From the NCBI GenBank assembly GCA_951406725.2, contig OX597819.1, positions 122,326,001 through 122,390,000 on the forward strand: a stretch of DNA of 64,000 bases, given 5' to 3'. Made by a program: the position numbers and the translations under genes. This stretch comes from Octopus vulgaris (Eukaryota). A model generated the notes under the pieces. It saw nothing but the letters and a program-made list of their open reading frames with translations. It was not told the DNA's origin and searched no databases. This document shows, in pieces, positions 63,590-64,000 of this stretch. The number at the start of each line of letters is the position of its first letter. The first letter of the stretch is position 1.

Positions 63590-64000
63590 TCCCCATTGGC
63601 TCCAACAACGGCCTTCAGACGACTTTGGAATCTCCTGCAACTCCTCTGGACGGTTTCCTTGTTTAAGTTGGTAAATGCTGCCAAATCTTTGCCTTCAGTG
63701 CATCTTTGGCGTTACAAGGAGTTTTGTTTGTCTCTCACTCAACTGTGCCCCACACATAATAATCAAGGGGGTTGCAGTCTGGGGAGTTAGGTGGCCAGAT
63801 GTTAGGGGTAATGTGGTCGCAGAAATTGGCTGACAGCCAAGACTGGGTTCTCCTGATTGTGTGGCATGGCGCAGAGTCATGTTGCCAGACATAGGGTCTT
63901 TCAGCAGCTACACTTTTGACCCAGGGCTGTACTACCTCTTCCAGGCATTTGATGTAGGCCTCCGTGTTGAGTCTGAGGCCGTGTGGGAAGATGAATGGAG
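63590..64000 (-). pseudogene. DD37D (maT-family) Tc1/mariner transposase C-terminus
   Basis: YVWQHDSAPCH..WPPNSPDCNPLDYYVWG with 37 residues between the two Asp; in-frame stop after VE; runs off the window end. Confidence 0.9.

Overview
AT-rich eukaryotic genomic DNA, about 64 kb, dense in microsatellites and dominated by transposable elements. The tRNA-derived SINE families, RTE LINEs and (TA)n/(CATA)n/(TAA)n tracts look like a coleoid cephalopod, probably Octopus (inferred from pattern recognition). No complete host protein-coding gene is recognisable, and most ORF-track entries are microsatellite or SINE artefacts. Supported content: a 3-kb decayed RTE LINE with a PHD-like finger inside ORF2; fragments of CR1-like, R4/Dong-like, Penelope-like, mariner and DD37D (maT) elements; three Helitrons; piggyBac-, hAT-, pogo- and foldback-type MITEs; dozens of SINEs; and a 20-unit G-rich minisatellite. 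Main observations: (1) a near-intact type I hammerhead ribozyme at 43577-43662(-), plus several other hammerhead cores with covarying stem I in small elements, several of them abutting TA microsatellites; (2) a candidate housekeeping promoter and first exon at about 25.2 kb(-), coinciding with a switch from CpG-decayed repeats (left) to CpG-intact repeats (right); (3) 184-bp SINE multimers with the same junction at independent loci; (4) variable-number hairpin arrays in RTE 3' UTRs. All calls were made by eye, so repeat boundaries are approximate.
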